Assembly (NCBI GenBank): GCA_038245905.1
Contig: JBBRRY010000051.1
Coordinates: 1-17,177 of the forward strand
Direction of reading: 5' to 3'
From: Thermoanaerobaculia bacterium
Lineage (GTDB): Bacteria > Acidobacteriota > Thermoanaerobaculia > UBA5066
Length of the DNA stretch: 17,177 bases
Part shown: piece after piece, positions 8,224 through 15,602 of the stretch
How the letters are laid out: each line of letters starts with the position of its first letter
Numbering within the stretch: position 1 is the first letter of the stretch
Position numbers and translations under genes: made by a program
Notes under the pieces: generated by a model
The model's input: the letters and a program-made list of their open reading frames with translations, nothing else
Told to the model about the DNA's origin: nothing
The model's database searches: none

Positions 8224-8681
8224 CGTACTTGCACTCCCTTCTTCTGGTCTCCGCCGAGGTGTTTTCTCATCGTGAGGACGGTGCCGCCGCGCTCCCCGCG
8301 CGAGAAGGTCACGTCGTCCATGAACGTCTTCATGTAGAAAATGCCGCGTCCGGACGTCTTCATCTGGTTCTCGGGGGCGAGGGGATCCGCAACCGCTGCG
8401 GTCTCGAAGCCCTCGCCCTCGTCGCCCACGACGATCTCGATGTCGTCCGCCGAGCCTCCGAGAGAGAGCATGACGCGCCGCGCCGGATCCTGGCGGTTCC
8501 CGTGTTTGATCGCGTTCGCGAGGGCTTCGCGGAGCGCGACCCCGATCCAGTGCTCGGCGTCGTTCTCGATGCCCCGGACCCGGCAGACGTATTCGAGCAC
8601 GGCCTGGCCGAGCTCGAGGTTCTCGAACCGGCTGGAGAGCCACAGAACGATCGGTCCCGGCGAAACGGACGATTCCGTCAT
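8220..8681 (-). CDS. RsbW/SpoIIAB-like anti-sigma Ser kinase (HATPase_c_2)
   Basis: REALANAIKHGN (N box), DEGEGF (G1), DPLAPEN...SGRGIFYMKTFMDDV (G2), GT.LTMRK; 153 aa. Confidence 0.94.
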   Translation of the reverse strand: MTESSVSPGPIVLWLSSRFENLELGQAVLEYVCRVRGIENDAEHWIGVALREALANAIKHGNRQDPARRVMLSLGGSADDIEIVVGDEGEGFETAAVADPLAPENQMKTSGRGIFYMKTFMDDVTFSRGERGGTVLTMRKHLGGDQKKGVQVR

Positions 8682-8758
8682 TGAAAATGGACGAGGAGAC
8701 GCGCTGCTAAGCTCGACCCTCGATGGTTACCTCCCCCGCACTCCCGAGACGCCGGCGC

Positions 8759-10099
8759 ATGATACGCGAGCACGCCGCGAGCCGTCCACCGATCCGGCCC
8801 TCCGTCCTCGCGCTCCTGGCCGTCCTCCTTGCCGTGTCCAGCCCCGTCGCGGCCGAGCGCCCTATCGCCGAGCGACTCCCTGAAGCCGTGGCGGCCGCCC
8901 AGAAGCTCGTCGAGAAAGTCCGGGGCATGCCTTTTCCCGGGACCGTCGTTTCGGCGATTCTGCACGAGAAGGACCTCTCCCGCGTGCTCGCGGCGAAGCT
9001 CGTCGAGGACCTGCCTGCACCGTTTCCCCGCTACGCGGCGTCCCTCGCGGCCGCCGGCTTTTTCGACCCCGAGCCGGGCCTCGAGCAGAGGCTCACGACG
9101 CTCTACGCGCGGCAAGTTGCCGGCTTCTACGATCCCGCCGAAAAGAAATTCTTCATCGTGCCCGAGCGGACGAAAGAGACGGCCCTGGCTGGGGCCTCCG
9201 CCCTGGGCCTCTCGGCCGAAACCCTCCTCGAAGACACGCTCCTGGCCCACGAGCTGACACACGCCCTGCAGGACCGCCGCCTCGATCTCGTGCCCAGGCT
9301 CAAGGCGCTCCACGATTCGTCCGACGGCCTCCTCGCGCTCGAGGCCTTTCTCGAGGGAGAGGCAACCGTCGTGATGATGGACGCTCTCCTGACCCGGCTG
9401 CCGCCGGAGTCGAAGGAGCTCTTCGGCGAGGACACCCTCGCGTCGATGATGTCCGGCCTCGCCCAGGGCGCCGCCGTGGAGGGCGCGGAAGGCGTGCCGT
9501 CTTTCTTCGTCAAGGAGATGCTCTTCCCGTATGTCGCGGGAACGGCGTGGATCCAGGCGCGGAAGAAGGCCGGCGGCTGGCCGGCCGTCGACGCCGCGTA
9601 CGCCCGGCTCCCCCGGACGACGTCCGAGATTCTCCATCCGGAACGCGCGAGCAGGGCGCATGTCCTCCTCAACTCCGGCGACCGTCCGACGGCCGCGAGC
9701 GTTCCCCCGGGAATGCGGCTTCTCTACGAGGACACATTCGGGGAGTGGATGCTCTCAACGCTCCTCGAGCGCGCGGGGGCCGCGAGCGCCGCCGCGATCG
9801 CGGCCGAGTGGCAGGATGACCGCATCGTCTTCTTCGAGCCGAAGGAGTCGCTGGGTGCCGGCACGCTCCCGGTTGGATTCGTGTGGCGCCTGCGCGCGAC
9901 ATCGCCGGCCGCCGCGAAGAGAATCGCAACGGCGCTGGAACCGCTCTACGCCCGCCCGGACGGCCGCTTCGCCGCGACGGTGACCGCCGCGGCCGATCGC
10001 GTCGAGGTCGTGCGCGGCCGGACCTCCGCGCACGCCGCCGTGCGCGAAAGGACACTCAGCTCCCCGCGATCAGCTTCAGCGCCGCCGGAAGGAAAATGA
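8759..10099 (+). CDS. Secreted zincin-like (gluzincin-type) putative metallopeptidase
   Basis: Signal VLALLAVLLAVSSPVAA|E; VAGFYDP; LAHELTHALQD (HExxH); downstream AFLEGEAT (third ligand E); FPYVAG; P.TTSEILHPE; DTFGE; W.DDR. Alternative start ATG 8723. Confidence 0.82.
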   Translation: MIREHAASRPPIRPSVLALLAVLLAVSSPVAAERPIAERLPEAVAAAQKLVEKVRGMPFPGTVVSAILHEKDLSRVLAAKLVEDLPAPFPRYAASLAAAGFFDPEPGLEQRLTTLYARQVAGFYDPAEKKFFIVPERTKETALAGASALGLSAETLLEDTLLAHELTHALQDRRLDLVPRLKALHDSSDGLLALEAFLEGEATVVMMDALLTRLPPESKELFGEDTLASMMSGLAQGAAVEGAEGVPSFFVKEMLFPYVAGTAWIQARKKAGGWPAVDAAYARLPRTTSEILHPERASRAHVLLNSGDRPTAASVPPGMRLLYEDTFGEWMLSTLLERAGAASAAAIAAEWQDDRIVFFEPKESLGAGTLPVGFVWRLRATSPAAAKRIATALEPLYARPDGRFAATVTAAADRVEVVRGRTSAHAAVRERTLSSPRSASAPPEGK

Positions 10100-10838
10100 A
10101 GAGCTGAACGGCGTCGAACGTGCCGTGCGCGAAGATCGACGCGACGGCGTTCCCGGTCCTGCGGAAAGCCACCGCGAGGACGGTCGTGATCGCGAGGAGT
10201 CCGACGAAGAAGAACGGCTCGCCGTAACCCGCGTGGGCCAGCAGGAACAGGATCGAAGCCGGGACGGCCCCCAGCCGGCGCTGGAGGAACGCACGGAAGT
10301 GAAATTCCTCAAGTGTCATGGCGAGGAGGACGAGGAGCCCCCTCTGCGCCGCCGGACGCGAGGCGAGCCAGCCCACGAGGGGAGGCACGGTGCGGTGCGG
10401 CTCGTAGTCGAGGGCGTGAAAGAGCACGGCGGCCGAGACGCCCACCACGATCGTCAGCGTCCAGCCTATGAGACCGAGCGCGACGCCGGCACCCGCCTCC
10501 TGGAGAGGGCGCTTCGAATCGAGCCCGAGAAAAGAGCGCGCGGGCGGCCTTCCGCTGAGCAGCCACCAGCCGAGAAGGAAGCCCGCGAGAAGCGCCTGCA
10601 AGGCGAACACCTGGGAGAAACGGAGCGTCGAGACGTCGGGCGCGCGGCCCCCGGCGGCCGCGGGCAGCAGCGTCGTCGCGATCAGGACGAGAACGAGAAG
10701 GACGAGCGCCGCGCGCTTTCTCCAGCGCGACGGGAACGCGTCGTGCCGGAAGGCCCCCCTGCGGTCGGCGACGACGACGATCGCGAGCACGAGCGGCAGG
10801 CCGGCGCCGAAGAGAAGGGAGCGGTCGAGCGAGGTCAC
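10056..10838 (-). CDS. CPBP family (CAAX protease/Abi-like) intramembrane metalloprotease
   Basis: Multiple TM segments; LEEFHFRAFLQ (EExxxR), FLLAH (FxxxH), AHGTFD (HxxxB); GTG 10838 overlaps the EAL stop (GTGA); 260 aa. Confidence 0.9.
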   Translation of the reverse strand: MTSLDRSLLFGAGLPLVLAIVVVADRRGAFRHDAFPSRWRKRAALVLLVLVLIATTLLPAAAGGRAPDVSTLRFSQVFALQALLAGFLLGWWLLSGRPPARSFLGLDSKRPLQEAGAGVALGLIGWTLTIVVGVSAAVLFHALDYEPHRTVPPLVGWLASRPAAQRGLLVLLAMTLEEFHFRAFLQRRLGAVPASILFLLAHAGYGEPFFFVGLLAITTVLAVAFRRTGNAVASIFAHGTFDAVQLFIFLPAALKLIAGS

Positions 10839-12163
10839 GGGCGCGAGACGACGGGGCGCGCGGCAGGCCGCCCGAAAAGAAAGCCCTGGCCCCACGGAAC
10901 ACCCATGCTCCGGAGGGTTTCGAGCTCGCGCGTCGTTTCGATGCCCTCGGCGATCAGCTCTGCGTCGATGCGCTTGCCGAGCGCCGCGAGGGATCCCACG
11001 ATCTCGCGCTTGATCCGGTCCTCGTCGAGCCCCGAGACCAGCGTGTGCGCCACCTTCACGTATTCCGGACGGAGCTGCACGATGGACTCGAGGCCCGAGT
11101 AACCCGAGCCCGCGTCGTCGATGGCGAATCCGAAGCCGGCTGCCCGAAGCCTGCCGACGACCTCGCGGAAGGCCGGGTAGTTGAAAACGACTTCCTTTTC
11201 CGATAGCTCGAGGACGACGTCCCCGTGCATGCGGCCCATCTCGGCGAGATTCCGGTCGTCGAGAAACACCGAGTGCGTGAGAAGGCGCGCGGACGCGTTC
11301 ACGAACAGGCGTTTCTTGCGCGCGACCCGCGGAAGCGACGAGAAGACGGTCTCGACGCAGAGGCTCTCGAGCTCGAGAACGAGATCTCCCTCGCGTGCAA
11401 CCGCGAAGAGATCGTCGGGCATCTCGAGCTCGTGGCCCACGGGTCCGCGGATGAGCGCCTCGTATCCGAGCACGTCGCCGGAACCCACGCCGACGATGGG
11501 CTGGAAGACCGCGCGGAGCTTCTTCGCGGAGAGGAGGGCCTTCAGGCGCTCGACGAATCCCTTCTTCTCGCCGCTCTCGCGGGCGTCCGCGAGGCGCGTC
11601 GCCTCCGCCAGCGCCCGCATGACCTGCCTGGAAACCCGAACGCGCGGGTCGTCCGGAATCACGAGGGCGGTCGCGTGAATGTGCATGAGATCCACCGAGG
11701 AGCGTCCGAGCGCCTGCTTGAGGCGCCGGCCGACGCCCTGCCTGAGCCGCGCGGCCTCCGCCTCCAGCGTGACACCGCGCCGGCCCGGGGCGCGACGCGC
11801 GGCGTCGAAGAGAAGGAAGACGCCGTCGGAGCCGTTGAAGGACATGGCGAGGAGGCCGGGCGCGAGCGGCGAGGATGCGACGTCCTCGCGCAGGCTCGCC
11901 GCCGTCACCCGAAGGATGCGGTCGTACAACTCCCATCCGTAGAGGCTTTCGACGCCCGCGAACCGCCCGAGCTGAATGTAAATGACGCCGAGGTTCGCGA
12001 CGCGCTCTCCCTTCAGGTCGGCGAAGGGATGCAGCGTGAGGCCCGTGATGGCGTCGTGAAGCAGCGACTCGAGGCGCAGCCTCTCGATCTCGGGCACGTC
12101 GACCGGCGTCCGCTCCGCCACGAGCCTCAGGGAATCCGCCGGCCGCCCTCTCGTCGCTCTCAT
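10835..12163 (-). CDS. c-di-GMP phosphodiesterase: degenerate GGDEF + EAL domain
   Basis: HDAITGL, FAGVESLYG and GSDGV in place of GGDEF; EAL domain FQPIV..YEALIR, FVNAS, LELSE, AIDDAGSGYSGL, YVKV, IAEGIET, GQGFLFGRP; SD AGGAG; ATGA overlap. Confidence 0.92.
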   Translation of the reverse strand: MRATRGRPADSLRLVAERTPVDVPEIERLRLESLLHDAITGLTLHPFADLKGERVANLGVIYIQLGRFAGVESLYGWELYDRILRVTAASLREDVASSPLAPGLLAMSFNGSDGVFLLFDAARRAPGRRGVTLEAEAARLRQGVGRRLKQALGRSSVDLMHIHATALVIPDDPRVRVSRQVMRALAEATRLADARESGEKKGFVERLKALLSAKKLRAVFQPIVGVGSGDVLGYEALIRGPVGHELEMPDDLFAVAREGDLVLELESLCVETVFSSLPRVARKKRLFVNASARLLTHSVFLDDRNLAEMGRMHGDVVLELSEKEVVFNYPAFREVVGRLRAAGFGFAIDDAGSGYSGLESIVQLRPEYVKVAHTLVSGLDEDRIKREIVGSLAALGKRIDAELIAEGIETTRELETLRSMGVPWGQGFLFGRPAARPVVSRP

Positions 12164-12552
12164 GCTTCTCCTCTTCTTGCGGGCGCGGCCGCCGTCAGCG
12201 CACGCACGCGCGCCCGCAGCTCCTCAGCGTGGAATGGTTTCGTCAGGTGGTCGGTTCCGCCAACCTGCATCGCCGTGATCCGGTCGCGAACCTCCCCGCG
12301 CCCCGTTAGAAAGAGGATGGGCAGGTCGCGCGTGATGGGCTGGCGGCGCACGATCTCGCAGAACTCCCAGCCCGTGAGGCCGGGCATGTTGACGTCCAGG
12401 ACGAGGAGCGCCGGAGGATCGCGCAGGACCGCCCGAAGCGCCGCCGTGCTGTCACTGGCGCCGTCCACGTCGAACCCGTCGAGCGACAGGACCGCGGCCA
12501 CCGCCTCGACCATCGCCGGGTCGTCGTCCACGACGAAGATGCGCCCGCTCAC
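12160..12552 (-). CDS. Stand-alone response regulator receiver protein
   Basis: VVDDD, LDVNMPG (phosphoacceptor Asp), FLTG, TKPF; 130 aa with no output domain; GTGA overlap with the kinase stop. Confidence 0.95.
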   Translation of the reverse strand: MSGRIFVVDDDPAMVEAVAAVLSLDGFDVDGASDSTAALRAVLRDPPALLVLDVNMPGLTGWEFCEIVRRQPITRDLPILFLTGRGEVRDRITAMQVGGTDHLTKPFHAEELRARVRALTAAAPARRGEA

Positions 12553-13844
12553 GCGCCAGCTTCCTTTGCGACGGGGAACATGATCGTGACTTCGAGCCCG
12601 TGGCCCGGCTCCGACAGCAACGAAATCTTTCCGCCGTTCTCCTCGAGCAGGTCCTTCGTGACGCCGAGTCCGATGCCGCGCCCGGGAATACCGGACGCCG
12701 ACGCCGACGGACTCCGCCAGGCGAACGTGAACGCATGCTTCTGCTCGTCCGGCGTCATGCCGGCTCCGGTGTCGCTGATCACGACGAACGCGTGTTGGGC
12801 GACGACGCTCGCCCGGACGCGCACCTGGCCGCCGGCCGGCGTGTACTTGACGGCGTTGTCGAGCACGTTTCGAAACGCGCGCTGCAGAGCGACCGGATCG
12901 GCGGCGACCGGAATCTCGGCGCCCTCGGCCACGAATTCGAGACGAACCCGCGCCCCGTGCGCGAGCCGGTACGACTCGACGAGCGTGGCGAGGACGCGCA
13001 CGAGGTCGGAGCGTGGAGCAAGCGGGACGGGAGAGGCGGCACTCTCCGACCGGAGCGGCGCGGAGGCCGGCGCCCGCGGCGGCATCCCCGTGAGCGACTC
13101 CATGTGCGCCATCTCGCGAGCGAGCCCCGTGAGGTGCGCCTCCGAGGGCAGTTCGCCGCGGCGCGCGGCCTCGGCAACGAGGTCGCTATAGACACGCAGG
13201 ACGGTCAACGGCGACTTCAGGTCGTGGAGTACCTCGGCCCGCGAATCGCGGAGGGCCTCCCGGCCCGGCCGCGCGCCCGCACCCGAATGCGGAGAGGGGG
13301 AGCGCGCATCCCGGTCGCCCTTGTCGCTTCTCTCGGCTCGGTCGGCCTTGACGTCTCGGGACCCGAAAGCCGGCGAGAGCGTCTTCGATCGCGAGGCGAG
13401 CTCGACTCCGAGCGCCACCGCGACCGGCCACACGAAACGCAGGGCCAGGGACCGCGCCTCGGCCGCCGTGGGGGCTGGGGACAGGACGGCGAGGAGCGCG
13501 AGGCCCGCGTATGTCCCCACGAGGAAGAAGCGCCCCCCTTCGCGCGAGAGGACCGTCTCGGCCGCGACGAACACGACGAGGAGCGGGAAGAGATCGCTCG
13601 CGATGCCACCCGTCCTCGCGAGAGCGACGAGAGTGAGAGCGAGAGGCACGAGGAGGCGCAGAGGCATGGCAAAGGACCCGAGAACGCCCGCCGCGAGGGT
13701 CGTCGCGAGAAGCGCGCCCGACACGAGCGCGGCGGCCGCGAGCGCCGCCAGGGCCGGCACCTCGGCGGGAGCGGCCGCGCCCGATGCGAGCAGGATGAGG
13801 AGGGACAGAGACAGGAGGGCCGGCCCGAAGAGGCCTGCCCCCAC
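12549..13844 (-). CDS. Membrane-bound sensor histidine kinase (HisKA + HATPase_c)
   Basis: N-terminal hydrophobic multi-TM region; VLHDLKSPLT (H box), NVLDNAVKY (N), DTGAGM (G1), GRGIGL (G2). Confidence 0.93.
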   Translation of the reverse strand: MGAGLFGPALLSLSLLILLASGAAAPAEVPALAALAAAALVSGALLATTLAAGVLGSFAMPLRLLVPLALTLVALARTGGIASDLFPLLVVFVAAETVLSREGGRFFLVGTYAGLALLAVLSPAPTAAEARSLALRFVWPVAVALGVELASRSKTLSPAFGSRDVKADRAERSDKGDRDARSPSPHSGAGARPGREALRDSRAEVLHDLKSPLTVLRVYSDLVAEAARRGELPSEAHLTGLAREMAHMESLTGMPPRAPASAPLRSESAASPVPLAPRSDLVRVLATLVESYRLAHGARVRLEFVAEGAEIPVAADPVALQRAFRNVLDNAVKYTPAGGQVRVRASVVAQHAFVVISDTGAGMTPDEQKHAFTFAWRSPSASASGIPGRGIGLGVTKDLLEENGGKISLLSEPGHGLEVTIMFPVAKEAGA

Positions 13845-13907
13845 GGAAGCGCTCAGCGGCGGGCGTCCGTCCAGACCGACCTCGGGGCGCGCGCGCGCCT
13901 TTCCGGC

Positions 13908-15014
13908 TCAGTGCACATAGGCGCACCCAACCCGCATGCGACCGTCCGCCATGGGAACCGCGCTCACGCGGCGCATCGCCACACGGTGCGGCTCCCCGCT
14001 GTGCCGCTGCAGGATCTCTCCCTCGATCCGGTCGGGAGTCTTCTCCTTGTTCGTCACGAAGGAGATCCCGCCGTAGGAAATGTCGTGCACCTCGGAGATC
14101 GAGGATTTCCGTCCCCCGGCGCCCGTGCCACCCACCTTCACCGTCAGCCCGGGGACGTTGAACCGCGGGAAGCGCCGTGTCCGCTCGAACGGCTTCTGGT
14201 TCTGCCGCTTGGACGCGTAGAGCCGGATGTCGCTCATCTTGAGGAGGAAATCGAGCAGGCGGCCGTCCGTCGGGAACGTCGCGACTCCGTAGTTCAGGCC
14301 CATCTTCAGGCCGACCCGGAGCGGGAGCCGGATGGCGGCCACCTTGTGCCGGATGCGTTCGGCCACGGCGAGGCTGTGGACCACGTCGCTGTTGGGAAGC
14401 ACCGTCACGAACTCGTCGCCCCCGTACCGGCAGCCGGCGTCCACGACGCGGAGCGACTCGCGGATGACCTTCGCCGTGCGCACGAGAATCCCGTCGCCCA
14501 CCGGATGGCCGAGACGGTCGTTGATGGATTTGAAACCCGCGAGATCCATCATGAGGACCGACACGACACCACCGCTGCGCTCGGCCCGCGAAACCTCACG
14601 GTCGAGATGGTCGTGGAGGAATCGGCGGTTGTACAGGCCCGTCAGCGGGTCGGTGATCGCATTGACGCGAAGGGCCGAGACCTCGTGGTCCGAGAGGAGA
14701 CGCGGCTCTTTCAGCTTGCCGAGCCTGCTGTGAAACTCGTGGAGGAGCGCCGTCTGGAGCGAGACGGGCGCCCCGAGGGCCGCGTCCATCGTTCCGAACG
14801 CGCGCTCCACGCGCGCCCAGAGACGGGAGACGTCGTTCAAAGGAACCGTCACGCCGATCCACTCGACGAGCAGCAGCCTGAGTAGCTCGGCGCGCGTCAC
14901 GCCTTCGCTCGCTGCGGCTAGCTCCCGCTCGAACCGCTCGCGAACGAAACCGCGGGCGCGCCCCAAACGAGCCAGCCGGGCTACCCGGGCGGAGAGATCT
15001 TCTTCGGGCAGCAT
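13908..15014 (-). CDS. Diguanylate cyclase with N-terminal helical domain and C-terminal PilZ domain
   Basis: DPLTGLYNRRF, MDLAGFKSINDRLGHPVGD, RVVD-AGCRY-GGDEF (I-site plus intact A-site); C-terminal RRFPR (RxxxR) and DISYGG (DxSxxG). ATG 15014; 368 aa. Confidence 0.93.
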   Translation of the reverse strand: MLPEEDLSARVARLARLGRARGFVRERFERELAAASEGVTRAELLRLLLVEWIGVTVPLNDVSRLWARVERAFGTMDAALGAPVSLQTALLHEFHSRLGKLKEPRLLSDHEVSALRVNAITDPLTGLYNRRFLHDHLDREVSRAERSGGVVSVLMMDLAGFKSINDRLGHPVGDGILVRTAKVIRESLRVVDAGCRYGGDEFVTVLPNSDVVHSLAVAERIRHKVAAIRLPLRVGLKMGLNYGVATFPTDGRLLDFLLKMSDIRLYASKRQNQKPFERTRRFPRFNVPGLTVKVGGTGAGGRKSSISEVHDISYGGISFVTNKEKTPDRIEGEILQRHSGEPHRVAMRRVSAVPMADGRMRVGCAYVH

Positions 15015-15030
15015 GTCGCTTGTGTTCGCT

Positions 15031-15519
15031 TCAGCCGTGGCGCCGAACGGAGGCGGCTTCGACGAGTCCGCCGTCGCTCTCCTTCGCGAGCGATTCCACG
15101 GCACGCGCGACGTCGGCGACGGCCTCACCCACTGGGAAGACCAGCATGAGCTGTCCCCCCTGGAGAAGGTCCACCAGCTCGCTGTCGCTCGAAGCCCAGA
15201 GGACTCTGCTGCCCGCGACGAGCAGCCGCGCGGAGGTGACGCCCGGCCGGGTCGGGTCGAGCCGGCGGAGCGTCTCCACGACGCGGCGCACCTGGGCAAG
15301 GCCGAATCCCGCTGCGCGCAGCTTCCCCGCGAGGCGGAGACGCACGACGTCCGCGAAGGAATAGCGGCGCCGGGACCCGTAGCCCGCCGCGCTCGCGAGA
15401 GAAGGCGACAGGAAGCCGAGGCGGTCCCAGTGATCGAGCTGCCGCGCCGACAAGCCCGTCAGACGCGCGACCTGCGCGGTCGAAAACGAGGCGTAAAGGA
15501 TCCGGCGGTTGAATTTCAC
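15031..15519 (-). CDS. MerR-family HTH regulator resembling mycobacterial Rv1830 (ResR/McdR)
   Basis: FSTAQVARLTGLSARQLDHWDR.G...PS...AAGYGSRRRYSFADV..L.....L...G..L..VR, and C-terminal ELVDLLQGGQ; recognised from memory of the Rv1830 sequence. Confidence 0.85.
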   Translation of the reverse strand: MKFNRRILYASFSTAQVARLTGLSARQLDHWDRLGFLSPSLASAAGYGSRRRYSFADVVRLRLAGKLRAAGFGLAQVRRVVETLRRLDPTRPGVTSARLLVAGSRVLWASSDSELVDLLQGGQLMLVFPVGEAVADVARAVESLAKESDGGLVEAASVRRHG

Positions 15520-15602
15520 GCGTGTGTTCTCGTCAGTCTACGCCGATTCCGCGCCGCGCAAAAGGGGAAAGAGCGACCGGCGGTACACTTCGCTCGAACG
15601 AT
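15520..15602. promoter_or_regulatory. Divergent promoter region (MerR operon / cNMP-FHA gene)
   Basis: Minus strand TAGACT (15540-15535) with TTTTGCGC at a -35-like distance; plus strand TACACT (15584-15589). Confidence 0.45.

Noticed and set aside
6903-10838. Polyprenyl synthase plus 'CAAX protease' as a bacterial protein-prenylation system
   Set aside because: No protein prenyltransferase or CAAX-ending substrate in the window; the genes are in different operons; bacterial CPBPs are not generally tied to prenylation.
13845-13910. c-di-GMP riboswitch or SECIS-type recoding element after the cyclase TGA
   Set aside because: A GAAA is present but the GCAAAC/GACGCAAAG-type core is not; the PilZ domain ends naturally and there is no Cys-equivalent context.
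1969-15299. Long N-terminal extensions in the ORF track (1969..3024, 2484..3980, 3239..5152, 5179..7584, 7882..8643, 10056..11936, 13908..15299) as fusion proteins
   Set aside because: The extensions overlap real neighbouring genes; internal starts coincide with stop/start overlaps or domain boundaries.
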